Of a DNA stretch of 64,000 nucleotides, positions 51,205 through 61,358 are shown one piece after another (within the stretch, counting starts at the first letter, position 1; each line of letters starts with the position of its first letter). The stretch spans positions 1 to 64,000 of the forward strand of contig NIVC01003469.1 of NCBI GenBank assembly GCA_002269645.1, in the 5' to 3' direction. The notes beneath the pieces were generated by a model. That model was not told the origin of the DNA, did no database searches, and saw only the letters and a list, made by a program, of their open reading frames with translations. The position numbers and the translations under genes were made by a program. This stretch comes from Macrostomum lignano (taxonomy: Eukaryota).

Positions 51205-51975
51205 CGCACTCATTTTGGCGCCACAGACACTCATTTTGGCGCCACAGACACTCATTTTGGCGCTACATACACTCATTTTGGCGCTACAGACACTCATTTT
51301 GGCGCCACAGACACTCATTTTGGCGCCACAGACACTCATTTTGGCGCCACAGACACTCATTTTGGCGCCACAGACACTCATTTTGGCACCACAGACACTC
51401 ATTTTGGCGCCACAGACACTCATTTTGGCGCTACATACACTCATTTTGGCGCTACAGACACTCATTTTGGCGCCACAGACACTCATTTTGGCGCTACATA
51501 CACTCATTTTGGCGCTACAGACACTCATTTTGGCGCCACAGACACTCATTTTGGCGCCACAGACACTCATTTTGGCGCTAAATACACTCATTTTGGCGCC
51601 ACAGACACTCATTTTGGCGCTAAATACACTCATTTTGGCACCACAGACACTCATTTTGGCGCCATAGACACTCATTTTGGCACCACAGACACTCATTTTT
51701 GCACCACAGACACTCATTTTGGCGCCACAGACACTCATTTTGGCGCCACAGACACTCATTTTGGCGCCACAGACACTCATTTTGGCGCCACAGACACTCA
51801 TTTTGGCGCTAAATACACTCATTTTGGCGCCACAGACACTCATTTTTGCACCACAGACACTCATTTTGGCGCTAAATACACTCATTTTGGCGCCACAGAC
51901 ACTCATTTTGGCGCTACATACACTCATTTTGGCGCCACAGACACTCATTTTGGCACCACAGACACTCATTTTGGC
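51205..51975. repeat. 21-bp minisatellite (TTTTGGCGCCACAGACACTCA)n, same family as 15690-16410
   Basis: Direct tandem repetition; differs from the 15.7-kb unit by two G>A changes. Confidence 0.95.
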
Positions 51976-52777
51976 GTCTGGAAGCTAAAATTATTGATTT
52001 ATATAACGGGTCACGAGGTAGGGTGGGGAGGGTAAAGCATTGGCGTGTTTCAGCCCGGTTTTGAATAGCTATCAGTATTTTAGCAAAAATTATAGTATGT
52101 TTATATAAGGCCCAGTCGATGTTCAACTTACCGTTAAATCTCGAAAAGCAACCCTGGGAGCTGTGAATGGTAGACAGCATCAGCACAAACAGCGACCACG
52201 TGACTAGTAAATTTTTTCCAATCATTGAAACGTAGGCTACATTTGTTCAAGTTTGTACTTACTTAGTTATTTATCATAAATTTGTTAAAAGCGATTCCTA
52301 CCTTATCATAAATGGGTCCTGACCAGAGCCCATAGAACAAGATAATGGCATCTAGGCATGAAAAAGAAAGTCAACAAATATTTTTGTCTGCATGTAGACT
52401 AAAAATACTGGCCCCTTGAATAGCCAGTCCCTATAAATAAAACTTATATCGTCCACACACAGTGTCGTTATATTTGCAAAGAAATAAATTAATTACATAA
52501 AGTGCGTCAGTAAAGCAGCGCATTTTGTTGGGGGCAAAGAAACTTACAGAATTGTACAGATCCAGTTTTGCGCAATCGGTTTTTGATTAAATAAAAAATC
52601 AAATTTATCCGTGCGAAAAGCATATCGACGTATTGTTAACTAAAAAAGTAACTAGAGTACATAGAGTAAGCTGAAGTAGGGCCACTATCATTGCTCTTAG
52701 TTATAAAAACAATATTTGCAAGTTTGTTTACTAAATTTGTGTTTGAGTTTTAGTGCGGCTCCCACCTGACAGCTGCG

Positions 52778-54982
52778 TCACTGCCTGACAGATGGTTTTC
52801 TTTCACGCCTCTGCTGCTTGCCCGGCTTCTCGTCCAAAGTTTTGCTGCCGCTGCCCAGTTCGTCAGCCGTGGGCTCTTTGGTCTCCAACAGTCGAGGCGG
52901 TCGCGGACCCGTCCGACGGATGAGCACGGGGATTTGGCTGCCACCCGCTGGGTTGCTGCCCGCATTGGCGATTCGAACTCTGGCACTGCGGGTGCTCCTC
53001 TTCACTGACCGCTGGCCCGCCAGTGCCGGCTGCGGCAGCGGCGGCAGAAGCCGAGGCAGCTGCTCCGGTGACGGAGTGGTCGAAACGGGCTGCTCAGGCA
53101 CCACCTCGGCGGTCAGGAGGTACTCGCTCAGGTTCTGCCTGTGCAAATCGTCACTGCTGCAGCTGCTGTTGCTGGCCGTGTCCGTGGCAGCACTGTGGTC
53201 GCCCTTGTTGCTGAGATTCTGAAAAGCTTCAGCTTCCTTAGCCATTTTGTGAACGAAAAAGTCAGAGTCAGAGTCGGAAGAGGAGCCGGCACCGGTGCCG
53301 CTGGACTCCTCAGTGTTGGCGGTGTTGGTCATGACGGTCTTGGTAGATTCTCTGGGGAACTCCAGCCGGTCCATGTAGTATTTGTTCTTGGGGTCGTCGC
53401 GTCCAACGCCGCGAGTTCGTTTGCCACCGATGATTGTCCCTGCGGCTTTGAGCTCCTCGCCCTTGTCCAAGATCACGTAGTTAGTAATGTTCTCGTCGTT
53501 GCACATCAGCATCCGGGTTAGCACGGCCGGGTCCTGCACATCGTTCAGGGCGTGCAGCTCGCGGTCCAGGCGCTCCTCGGTGAAGAAGCGAGCCAGCTCG
53601 TGCCGCTGGTCGATGACGGTGATCCGAGCGCATTCGCGGACGAACGAGAACACCTCAGGTTGGAAGCGAACCTTTTCGGCGTCATCCAGTCCCATGAAGT
53701 AGTCTTTGAACTCCAGATCGCTGATGATGTCGAAATAATTCAGCCAGCCGGCATCAGCCAGAGTTTTGACGATCGTCTTGATGATCACGGCGAAGGTTGG
53801 CATCTTGGCTAGACGGTAGCACTTCGCCAGGAGACCAACCATGAGAGCGATGCAGCAGTCTGCATCGAACTCAAAGAGAGCCTGCGGCCATTCAATGTTG
53901 ATTCCGCGGCTTCGTTCTCTGTAGACTGGGATGGTCTCGAGACGCTTGCGCCGGCCGGGGCGGGGTACGAATGGCATAGCGGGATCGCCCACGAGTTTAA
54001 AGATGCCCATGTTGATAAACTGACTGGCCGCTCGAACCAAATTAGCCGTCGATTTCAGCTTCTTGTCTGCGTAGAAGGCGCATCGTAGCAGCCGTCGCGG
54101 ATAGGTTTTGCAATTGTTGATGATGCGCTCAGCGTCCCGAAGCAAAGTCATGGGATTTGCTCGGCTCGGCTGGCTCATGTAGTTGAAGCGAAAATGCTCA
54201 GTCGGGCATTTGAGCACAGCGGAGCACAGGCTGGGAATGTCTATCGAGCTGCGCTTCGTGAACATCACGTAGAACGCGTAGTCAAGAAAGTCGTCAAAGT
54301 TCAGGTAGGTCTCAACGAAGCGCTTCCGGTAGACGAGGGCGTATGGCTCCATTGGGAACCAGTTTTCGTGCTGCAGCATGGCCTGAAGAATGTCGTAGGT
54401 CTCATTCAGCATTGCCAGATTGTGGTCGTACAGGCACATCAGGTCGCCGAATCGCTCGTTGATGAAGGTGATGAACTGCGGCTGTCGTGCCATAATGTGC
54501 TTCTTGTTGGTGTCGCGGTCGATGCATCGCACCAGCATGGTTGCCGCTTTGGGCTTTCGCAGGTAAATAGCCAGGCCTAGAGGCGTCAGGTACATCACAG
54601 CGTGCCGGTTAAACAGCGAAGATCGATCCAGAGAATAGAATTCCGGCCTGTCAATCACCTGGAAGTACTTCGCCTTGGTGATGATAAATTCTTTCTTGCC
54701 GCCAATTACAGTCTTCTTGGCCTGCAAAGCTCGCGGGTCCGGCTCGAACTTGAGCAGGCCTTTTGATTCTTTGTCCATGAGCACGCGGTTCAGCTCCTTC
54801 TCGTTCTCAGTCCTGATGGCGTTCACCAGCCACGATGTGGTCGGATGGTACAGATCGAAGAATCTCGGCACCATGTGGTAAAAGTTTTGCGACTTTTTCT
54901 CCGCTTTGCTGAACTTTCGGCCGCTGTGGGGCTTCTGCCGGAAGAACATGGGGTCCGGCAGGCGAATCGTGCCCTTAGTCAT
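52778..54982 (-). CDS. Hypothetical 734-aa intronless protein with a possible degenerate ankyrin-like repeat and a low-complexity Ser/Pro-rich tail
   Basis: 2.2-kb open frame in GC-rich, host-like sequence; YLTPLGLAIYLRKPKAATMLV resembles an ankyrin TPLxxA motif; no other family recognised. Confidence 0.75.
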   Translation of the reverse strand: MTKGTIRLPDPMFFRQKPHSGRKFSKAEKKSQNFYHMVPRFFDLYHPTTSWLVNAIRTENEKELNRVLMDKESKGLLKFEPDPRALQAKKTVIGGKKEFIITKAKYFQVIDRPEFYSLDRSSLFNRHAVMYLTPLGLAIYLRKPKAATMLVRCIDRDTNKKHIMARQPQFITFINERFGDLMCLYDHNLAMLNETYDILQAMLQHENWFPMEPYALVYRKRFVETYLNFDDFLDYAFYVMFTKRSSIDIPSLCSAVLKCPTEHFRFNYMSQPSRANPMTLLRDAERIINNCKTYPRRLLRCAFYADKKLKSTANLVRAASQFINMGIFKLVGDPAMPFVPRPGRRKRLETIPVYRERSRGINIEWPQALFEFDADCCIALMVGLLAKCYRLAKMPTFAVIIKTIVKTLADAGWLNYFDIISDLEFKDYFMGLDDAEKVRFQPEVFSFVRECARITVIDQRHELARFFTEERLDRELHALNDVQDPAVLTRMLMCNDENITNYVILDKGEELKAAGTIIGGKRTRGVGRDDPKNKYYMDRLEFPRESTKTVMTNTANTEESSGTGAGSSSDSDSDFFVHKMAKEAEAFQNLSNKGDHSAATDTASNSSCSSDDLHRQNLSEYLLTAEVVPEQPVSTTPSPEQLPRLLPPLPQPALAGQRSVKRSTRSARVRIANAGSNPAGGSQIPVLIRRTGPRPPRLLETKEPTADELGSGSKTLDEKPGKQQRRERKPSVRQ

Positions 54983-55708
54983 GGCTGCTGGTTGAAGGCT
55001 GGCGGTGTTGCAAGTTGAAATGCAGCAGTCGAAAAGACCGAACTAGTAACTTTTGTCTGGAATATGGAAGCTGCTGATACAAATCAAATTTATATGTTCA
55101 TTACAATATGGTTTCTAAGCCTTTTATTAGGCGAGCTAAAACCTTTCATAAAGAATGCTACAGTTCTTGAATTTGCCATAGACTAACGGGATGTTGACAG
55201 CGGAAATGTGAATGTTAACTTGGTAGGCTGGCAGGCTTTAACTCGAATTGAAAATCTATAATTTATTTTATTTTTTTATGAAACAATACTGAGCAAATGT
55301 GAAACGCAAAGCGAAATGGGCTGGTATCTGATGTAAACACGCTCTGGTCGCGGGATAGGGCAGGGAGAACTTTTTCGAGAAGTGCCGCCCATCACCGCGC
55401 ACCTCCTGCGCAGAGCCGTCGAGACTGGGCCAAGTCTTCGACCAGGCCTGCAGACTCTCGCTCTGCTGCACCCCCTGCTGCCTTGGCTTCGTCTCCCCTG
55501 CCGCCACACTTGCCTTTCCGGAGCTCCCTGTCCCTCTCTGTACCTCCCCCTCTACCCTATCTCCTCTGCGCTCCACCCTATTTTCTCTGTACCTCCCCTG
55601 TCTCCCCTCTTTTTGCCCCTTTTCACACTATTTTCCTGCGCTGTCCCCCCTTTTTCTGCGTCTACTTACAGTATTTTGCGCGCTCACCGTGCCATCATCA
55701 GTAGTATT

Positions 55709-55949
55709 TACGGTACAAAATTGCCAGCAAACCGCTCTCATAATTCAAAGAGAATTAACCCTTTATCAGTGTGAAATGGCTCGTTTTCCCTTCATTATCG
55801 CTCGTCTTCACTTCGCTTAACTCGCTTCTCTCATCCTCGCTTCATTTCGGTCAATCTCCTCATTTCACACTTACAACGATTAATTCTCTTTGAATTATGA
55901 GAATACGCCCTCGTCGTTCGCTTTGGTTTGCTGGCAATTTTGTACCGTA
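55709..55949. repeat. Subterminal inverted repeat (hairpin) of the Polinton
   Basis: 55709-55733 pairs perfectly with 55925-55949 (25 bp); 55736-55758 pairs perfectly with 55880-55902 (23 bp). Confidence 0.9.
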
Positions 55950-56043
55950 CCCAACACTTCTAACACTTCCAAATCTCTATAACCCCTCGCACGCGCCGCA
56001 GGCGCGAAGGGTCTTTTTCTGTTACTAAAAATAGAACAAAAAA

Positions 56044-56442
56044 ATGACACACGTTACTTATATGCAAAATCTGAATGAATTGCAGGTAGGAGACCCAGTT
56101 GAATACCGAGGTGAGGGGCTTTTTGATGTGGTTGGAACAGCAGCGAATTTTGTTAAAGACAATATGGGTCTTATAGGGCAAGCAGGCTCCGCAGCAGGTT
56201 CTATAACAAATGCTGTAAAAGGAGGAATTGAAGCAGCTAGAGCGGCAGAAGAACTAAAGAAATTGAGAGATTTTAACGACACCCTCTCACAAATAAATGC
56301 AATAAAAGATTTAAAGCTGGCACAAGCCGCACAACCAACAGAAACCCCCACGAAAAGCGCGCCAATAAGTAATAAAGATATTCAGGATTTTAATAAAATG
56401 TTAACCACAATTAAAGGCGGAAAAGGATTAAAGAAATTTTAA
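56044..56442 (+). CDS. Polinton small Gly/Ala-rich protein, putative virion core or membrane-active protein, 132 aa
   Basis: Intact ORF; YRGEG|LFDVVG..amphipathic helix, VKGG, IKGGKG resemble adenain-type cleavage sites. Confidence 0.7.
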   Translation: MTHVTYMQNLNELQVGDPVEYRGEGLFDVVGTAANFVKDNMGLIGQAGSAAGSITNAVKGGIEAARAAEELKKLRDFNDTLSQINAIKDLKLAQAAQPTETPTKSAPISNKDIQDFNKMLTTIKGGKGLKKF

Positions 56443-56452
56443 CAATATAAAA

Positions 56453-57427
56453 ATGGACACAGATAATAACCGCTTATATTTTATAGGAGAAATTGTAGAT
56501 ACTTTAGATCTAGATGATAATAAACATAGCCACACAATGTTAAAAAGATTGGATCGTTTAGGTAAAAAACTTGACTACGATATCGATACATTTAAACTTG
56601 CTGCAAAATATGCACAAGAAGGAAGGCCAATATCCTTTAAGAATCATGGTAGAAATTATAGGTTGACAGACTCCGATGTAAAATTTTTATTGGAGACTCA
56701 CACTAAAAAAGACGGTGGGTTGTTACCTATTTTACCAATTCTTTTAGGCCTCGGAGCAGCCGGAGCAGCCGGTTTAGCAGGTAAAAGAATTCATGATAAC
56801 CGAAAACAGTTAGCAGAATTAAAAGCAAAACAAGGAGGAATATTGCCATTAGCAACTTTATTACCAATAATTTTTGCAGGAATAGGAGCAGCTGGTGGAA
56901 TAGCAGGGGGCGCAGCCGGAATCACAAAAGCAGTAAATGATAAAAAAGCTGCGGATGAAAAAGCTAAACGAGATGCAGAATTTCAAAGACAGCAAATAAC
57001 ACAGGACGCACAATTCAAACAGAAACTTATTGATACCATTAATAGTAGTTCAGCAACAGCAGAGCAAAAAAGAAATGCAGAAGCTAGGTTAGCAGCCGGA
57101 AAAGGTTTACTGTTAAATGGCAACGGTTTGGTACTAAAAGGAACGACCCAAGGAAGCGGAGTTGTCGCAGATAAACTACAGGAATTTGGTCAAACTTTAG
57201 AAAAAACGGGTGAGAAAGCTAAAGGATTTTTTGATAATATTGGAGCTAATTTTAGGCCAGCAGTTCAGAAGATTTTTAATAAGTTAGGAAAAGATTTTAA
57301 CATAATTGAAAAACACGATGGAAGCGGATTATATCTCGAAATGAGACCAAAAGCAGGTTCAGGAATTTTCTTAAATTCAAATGTTATGGGAAATGGATTG
57401 CTATTACCAAAAGCAGATCTCGAATAG
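56453..57427 (+). CDS. Polinton putative core protein with two adenovirus pX(mu)-like hydrophobic motifs, 324 aa
   Basis: KKDGG|LLPILPILLGLGAAG and AKQGG|ILPLATLLPIIFAGIGAAGGIA; repeated GxG-[LIV] motifs in the C-terminal half. Confidence 0.8.
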   Translation: MDTDNNRLYFIGEIVDTLDLDDNKHSHTMLKRLDRLGKKLDYDIDTFKLAAKYAQEGRPISFKNHGRNYRLTDSDVKFLLETHTKKDGGLLPILPILLGLGAAGAAGLAGKRIHDNRKQLAELKAKQGGILPLATLLPIIFAGIGAAGGIAGGAAGITKAVNDKKAADEKAKRDAEFQRQQITQDAQFKQKLIDTINSSSATAEQKRNAEARLAAGKGLLLNGNGLVLKGTTQGSGVVADKLQEFGQTLEKTGEKAKGFFDNIGANFRPAVQKIFNKLGKDFNIIEKHDGSGLYLEMRPKAGSGIFLNSNVMGNGLLLPKADLE

Positions 57428-57511
57428 GCTCCTGGGGGGAGGGTCTGGACACCAAAAACCCAAAATTAAAAAATCAATAATTCAAACATTATATAAATTT
57501 TATTCTATAAA

Positions 57512-60500
57512 ATGGAACAAAGAATGACCCCAGATCAGATTCGACAACTTCTTGCAAATGAGCGCCAACAGTTCAATCGATTACAAAGACAGATTGAACA
57601 AATTGAACAGCGCCAAAGACAACAACGCCGCCAAAGAGCAAGAGAAAGACAGAGAGAAAGGCAGAGAGAAAGAGAAATACAAGAACAGCAAATAAATGCA
57701 TTAGCAAATAATATAAGGGCAGAATATGAAATGAAGCGATTAATAGAAAAGGCTGAATATGAAAAAAGAATAGCAGAATTAGAAAAAAACCAAAAGAAAC
57801 CCACACGTCGGAAACCTCGGAATAAATCGGATGAAAAACCATTAGATGAGTTTATTAGGGTTTATCGATTTGAACCAATGCAGAATGTCCTAGATTTTAT
57901 TGAAACCCAGCTTTCAAACGGATATAGTGTTGAAATTACTAATGCGAGGGTACAATATTTTTATAATAAAACCGGAGATGATCGCGAAGAGATTAATCAA
58001 TACTTAGCAACATTTTATAATATAAGCCAATTTCAAGCTTGGTTTAAGCATTTGGTAGAAAACTACGACATGAATTTAAGTGTGTTTTCTGGAAGACTTA
58101 AAATGACACCAAACGAAATTACACTTAAACACGAAAGGTCAAAGCAGGGTATGGGAACAAATGTCATGTGTGAAATTGCAGAGTATAAAGATGAGTACTG
58201 TTACATACCTAGTGATGGAAATTGTTTCTACAAGTGTGTTCAGTTTATTTATGGTGATAAAGCCCCATCCAAAGACGAATATGGTGCTTGGTTGTACGAC
58301 TCAAGAACCCAAAGAGGATTAATGACAAATTCAAGAATTGGAAAATTCAATGAATATTTTAATCTTAATATAGGGCTGTATAACCCTAATAATCGTGGAA
58401 TTGAACCAAAGTCTCAAAGAGGGATTCACCACGACTGGTTATTAATAAATTACTATCACACAGCCGACTATCACATTGGTCATTATTGCCTTATATCCAA
58501 TAAACAACGAGGAATCGCCCTCGAACGGATAAAAGACAATTATAAAGTAGTATTTAAAAACCCAACGCCCGAAAATGTTAAAGAGCTAAAAATGTTCACC
58601 ACATCCACAAATCCCAAAAAATCAAATGTATACATATTTGATTTTGAAACATATTTAAATTATAATCAACAAGCATGTCCGTATGCAGTTGGTCTTTTAA
58701 ACTATAACGACTTTTCTAATAATTGTAACGAAACCCCAGAGACAATAAAGAAACTAACTAAGATCTTGATATCAGATCGCGGTTGTGATTTTCAAACTGG
58801 TGGAGATAAAATGGACTGTGTTAGAAAAATGTTTAAATACCTTGGTACAGTTAGGTCAAAAAAGATTGTTTTGATCGCACACAACTCATCCCGCTTCGAT
58901 TCATACATACCACTATTTTGTAATATAAAACCAATTAAAATTCTTAAAACCCCAAGAGGAATATTATCAATCACTTTTGTAAACGATTATATGTCAAAAG
59001 AGGTTAGAGCGTTTATAAACAAAGATAAGAAGAAGAATCATAAGGATTCGAAACAAACCATTACGATGCTTTGTTCATATCAACACGCATCAATGAGTTT
59101 AAAAAAGTTTTGCTCATCAATGACAATTAGAGAGGATTTGCGCAAGACCTCAATGGTTCACGACATTACTGAGGACGACTACCTAGAGCGCACGGATGAA
59201 TGGTATGAATATTTACAATTTGATCTTATTTCTTTATGTGCCTGTATTCATAAGTATAATGAAATAGCATATGAAATTGGAGGAATGACAATGTTCGATA
59301 CTCTTACCTGTTCAAGTTTAACATTAAAATGTTGGTTTAAAGATTTTGTTAGAGTTGAAGACAAAATGAAACAATACCTAAAGACAAAAGAAAAAAGTAA
59401 TTACATTAAAAAAGTTGAAGAAATAATATCTCCGTTAAAAATCGAAGATTATTTTGACTTGAGCAAACTTGATAAAGCGAAATATCAAACACTATTAAGA
59501 AAAGAATTTTCGGTTCACTCTCATACCAACCCTTATATAAGAAGGTTTATGAGGGACGCAGTCAAAGGAGGCAGAGTATTTGCACTAATAAATAAATACG
59601 AAAGTGACTGTTTTCAAACAATTGTAGACGTTGTAAAAGGCCATTTAAAAATACCAACAAGCGACCCATGCGAGGTTATATCAACTTATCTCAAAAGCGA
59701 TATGGAAGAAAAAAAGAAAATCGCAATTAAACTAAAAAACCAATTGGGTACCGTATCAGATTGTTTAATGAATTTTGATGGAGTCTCGTTGTACCCATCT
59801 GCTATGTCTGATAAGGATAGTGAATATCCAAGAGCAGAAACAGCCAGAGTTTTTGATATAAGCGAGGAAAAAGATTTTTTGACACAATTTAATTCACAAA
59901 CCTTTCGACCAAAAACAGCGGTTTTAAAGATTATGTATGAGAACCCTACCAGCGTTTTTCTTCAACATCTCCCATCGAAAGATAAAGAGAAATTTTATAA
60001 TCCGGAAACAAAAGCAAACGAAACAAAAACATTAAATAGGTTTAGAAATGGAAAGGTAATCGACACCTTAAGTTCCGTAGACATACAAGAAATTGTAAGA
60101 ATGGGTGGAAAAATATTTAAGATATATAGTGGAATTGTATATGAAAAAAATTACGATTTCTCTCCGTTTCAGAATTATATTACAAACCTTTTTGAAATGA
60201 GAAAAGTATTTAAAAAAGAAAATAACGAGGCGGGTTCTGAATTAGTAAAAACATTGTTAAATTCCTTATATGGTAAAACGGTTCAAAGAGACATTACTTT
60301 CACAACGCATCTCTGGAATTTGAATACATTAAAAACAGAATACGACGACACAATTAAGTCATATGAGAAAATATGTGACGATTTATTTTATGTTGAAAAA
60401 AAGAAAGACACACAAGAATATTTAGATGAGGATGATAATCCTACAACAGGTCTTTGTCCGGCACAATTAGGAATATTTATCTTAGCTCATTCAAGAAGGA

Positions 60501-60982
60501 TCATGAATAATTTTATCACCTCTATAGACGGTTCAAAGACTCCAGAAATTTATTACGGTGATACGGATTCGTTATATATACATAAAAAACATTGGGACAC
60601 ATTAAATAAAAACGGGCATGTTGGAAATAATTTAAGTCAAGGAAAAAACGATTATGGAGAGGGCGGAATTATATTCGGATATTTTATTGCTCCTGAAATT
60701 AAATATTGTCTGTTATTGAAAGACGATTTTATTATGGAAGAGAAAAAAACATTTAAAGGATGTGCAAACGATAAGATTAATTTTGCATCGTTTAAAACTT
60801 TATATGATGGACAGTCAATAAAAGTAAATAATAATGCTCCGTGGAAACGATCGTTTGAAGGCGGTATAAAAATTCCTCAAAGCGGATCGACCATATCAAA
60901 AACATATACTTCTACGATAAACACATTTAAAAGAGAAAAACCGGATAAAAACGGAGTTATGAAATCAATAGCCTTTTTGTAA
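57512..60982 (+). CDS. polB: Protein-primed family B DNA polymerase (pPolB), 1156 aa, with an N-terminal coiled coil and OTU-like segment
   Basis: Exo I FDFET, Exo II HNSSRFD, Exo III YLQFD, GGRV, DGVSLYPSAM, KTLLNSLYGK, YGDTDS. Confidence 0.97.
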   Translation: MEQRMTPDQIRQLLANERQQFNRLQRQIEQIEQRQRQQRRQRARERQRERQREREIQEQQINALANNIRAEYEMKRLIEKAEYEKRIAELEKNQKKPTRRKPRNKSDEKPLDEFIRVYRFEPMQNVLDFIETQLSNGYSVEITNARVQYFYNKTGDDREEINQYLATFYNISQFQAWFKHLVENYDMNLSVFSGRLKMTPNEITLKHERSKQGMGTNVMCEIAEYKDEYCYIPSDGNCFYKCVQFIYGDKAPSKDEYGAWLYDSRTQRGLMTNSRIGKFNEYFNLNIGLYNPNNRGIEPKSQRGIHHDWLLINYYHTADYHIGHYCLISNKQRGIALERIKDNYKVVFKNPTPENVKELKMFTTSTNPKKSNVYIFDFETYLNYNQQACPYAVGLLNYNDFSNNCNETPETIKKLTKILISDRGCDFQTGGDKMDCVRKMFKYLGTVRSKKIVLIAHNSSRFDSYIPLFCNIKPIKILKTPRGILSITFVNDYMSKEVRAFINKDKKKNHKDSKQTITMLCSYQHASMSLKKFCSSMTIREDLRKTSMVHDITEDDYLERTDEWYEYLQFDLISLCACIHKYNEIAYEIGGMTMFDTLTCSSLTLKCWFKDFVRVEDKMKQYLKTKEKSNYIKKVEEIISPLKIEDYFDLSKLDKAKYQTLLRKEFSVHSHTNPYIRRFMRDAVKGGRVFALINKYESDCFQTIVDVVKGHLKIPTSDPCEVISTYLKSDMEEKKKIAIKLKNQLGTVSDCLMNFDGVSLYPSAMSDKDSEYPRAETARVFDISEEKDFLTQFNSQTFRPKTAVLKIMYENPTSVFLQHLPSKDKEKFYNPETKANETKTLNRFRNGKVIDTLSSVDIQEIVRMGGKIFKIYSGIVYEKNYDFSPFQNYITNLFEMRKVFKKENNEAGSELVKTLLNSLYGKTVQRDITFTTHLWNLNTLKTEYDDTIKSYEKICDDLFYVEKKKDTQEYLDEDDNPTTGLCPAQLGIFILAHSRRIMNNFITSIDGSKTPEIYYGDTDSLYIHKKHWDTLNKNGHVGNNLSQGKNDYGEGGIIFGYFIAPEIKYCLLLKDDFIMEEKKTFKGCANDKINFASFKTLYDGQSIKVNNNAPWKRSFEGGIKIPQSGSTISKTYTSTINTFKREKPDKNGVMKSIAFL

Positions 60983-60984
60983 TA

Positions 60985-61329
60985 GAGATCACATGCTCTG
61001 CCTATTAGAAGCCCTGTACATTAAGACCAAACAGCCCACGTTAAATAACCAACTTGCGATGGGTGGGGCTAGCCGTCAACTCAGAATTTTTTAGCTGATT
61101 TGTCAATGACCGGACTGGCTTGAAACTGATATGCACTTTACCCAACCAATACTGTATCAAAAATTGATTACTATGTACAAGTTTTAAACCATCAATTAAA
61201 AACTCAATTCAACTACTCTTGTTACTCTCAACTATCTATATATACTGAATATTCGTTCAAATTGTTTCTCAATAAAAAGACCCTGACGATGTCCTAATGC
61301 AAATGGACGAAATGCATCGGCAACTCAAA
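60985..61329 (+). mobile_element. 5'-truncated Penelope-like element fragment (GIY-YIG C-terminus plus 3' UTR/pseudo-LTR) inserted in the Polinton
   Basis: Frame reads RDHMLCLLEALYIKTKQPTLNNQLAMGGASRQLRIF*, matching the PLE end 'ILEALxIxxxxPxLNxQ...LxIF'; hammerhead motif at the 3' end; possible TAATA duplication at 60980-60984 and 61330-61334. Confidence 0.7.
61278..61322 (+). ncRNA. Minimal hammerhead ribozyme motif of the Penelope type
   Basis: CTGACGA-T-GTCC(TAATGCAAAT)GGAC-GAAA-TGCA-TC-GG: core, stem II, palindromic stem III loop, AUC cleavage triplet; stem I only about 2 bp. Confidence 0.6.
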
Positions 61330-61358
61330 TAATACTTCATGTTGATATTTACCTTTAT

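Larger units (their letters stand above)
48590..52225 (-). pseudogene. Fibrinogen C-terminal domain (FReD) gene, probably disrupted. Candidate signal-peptide exon 52225-52132, exon 50764-50572, FReD exon ~49083-48775.
   Basis: G|LARLSEMT..RLRIEVQSLRGKKYKAEFRMFQVLGPEQQYRLRVG..GNEFLYHKEKR then, after a 1-nt shift near 48851, STFDRDHDSYRHSC; exon 1 MIGKNLLVTWSLFVLMLSTIHSSQG ends in G|GTAAGT and is phase-compatible with the 50764 acceptor; linking these exons to the FReD exon is inferred. Confidence 0.6.

Noticed and set aside
51173-51988. ORFs with LAPQTLI or HSFWR heptad repeats
   Set aside because: Translations of the 21-bp minisatellite, located in a probable intron
55694-55699. ATCATC as the Polinton target-site duplication
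   Set aside because: Cannot be confirmed because the right end is outside the window
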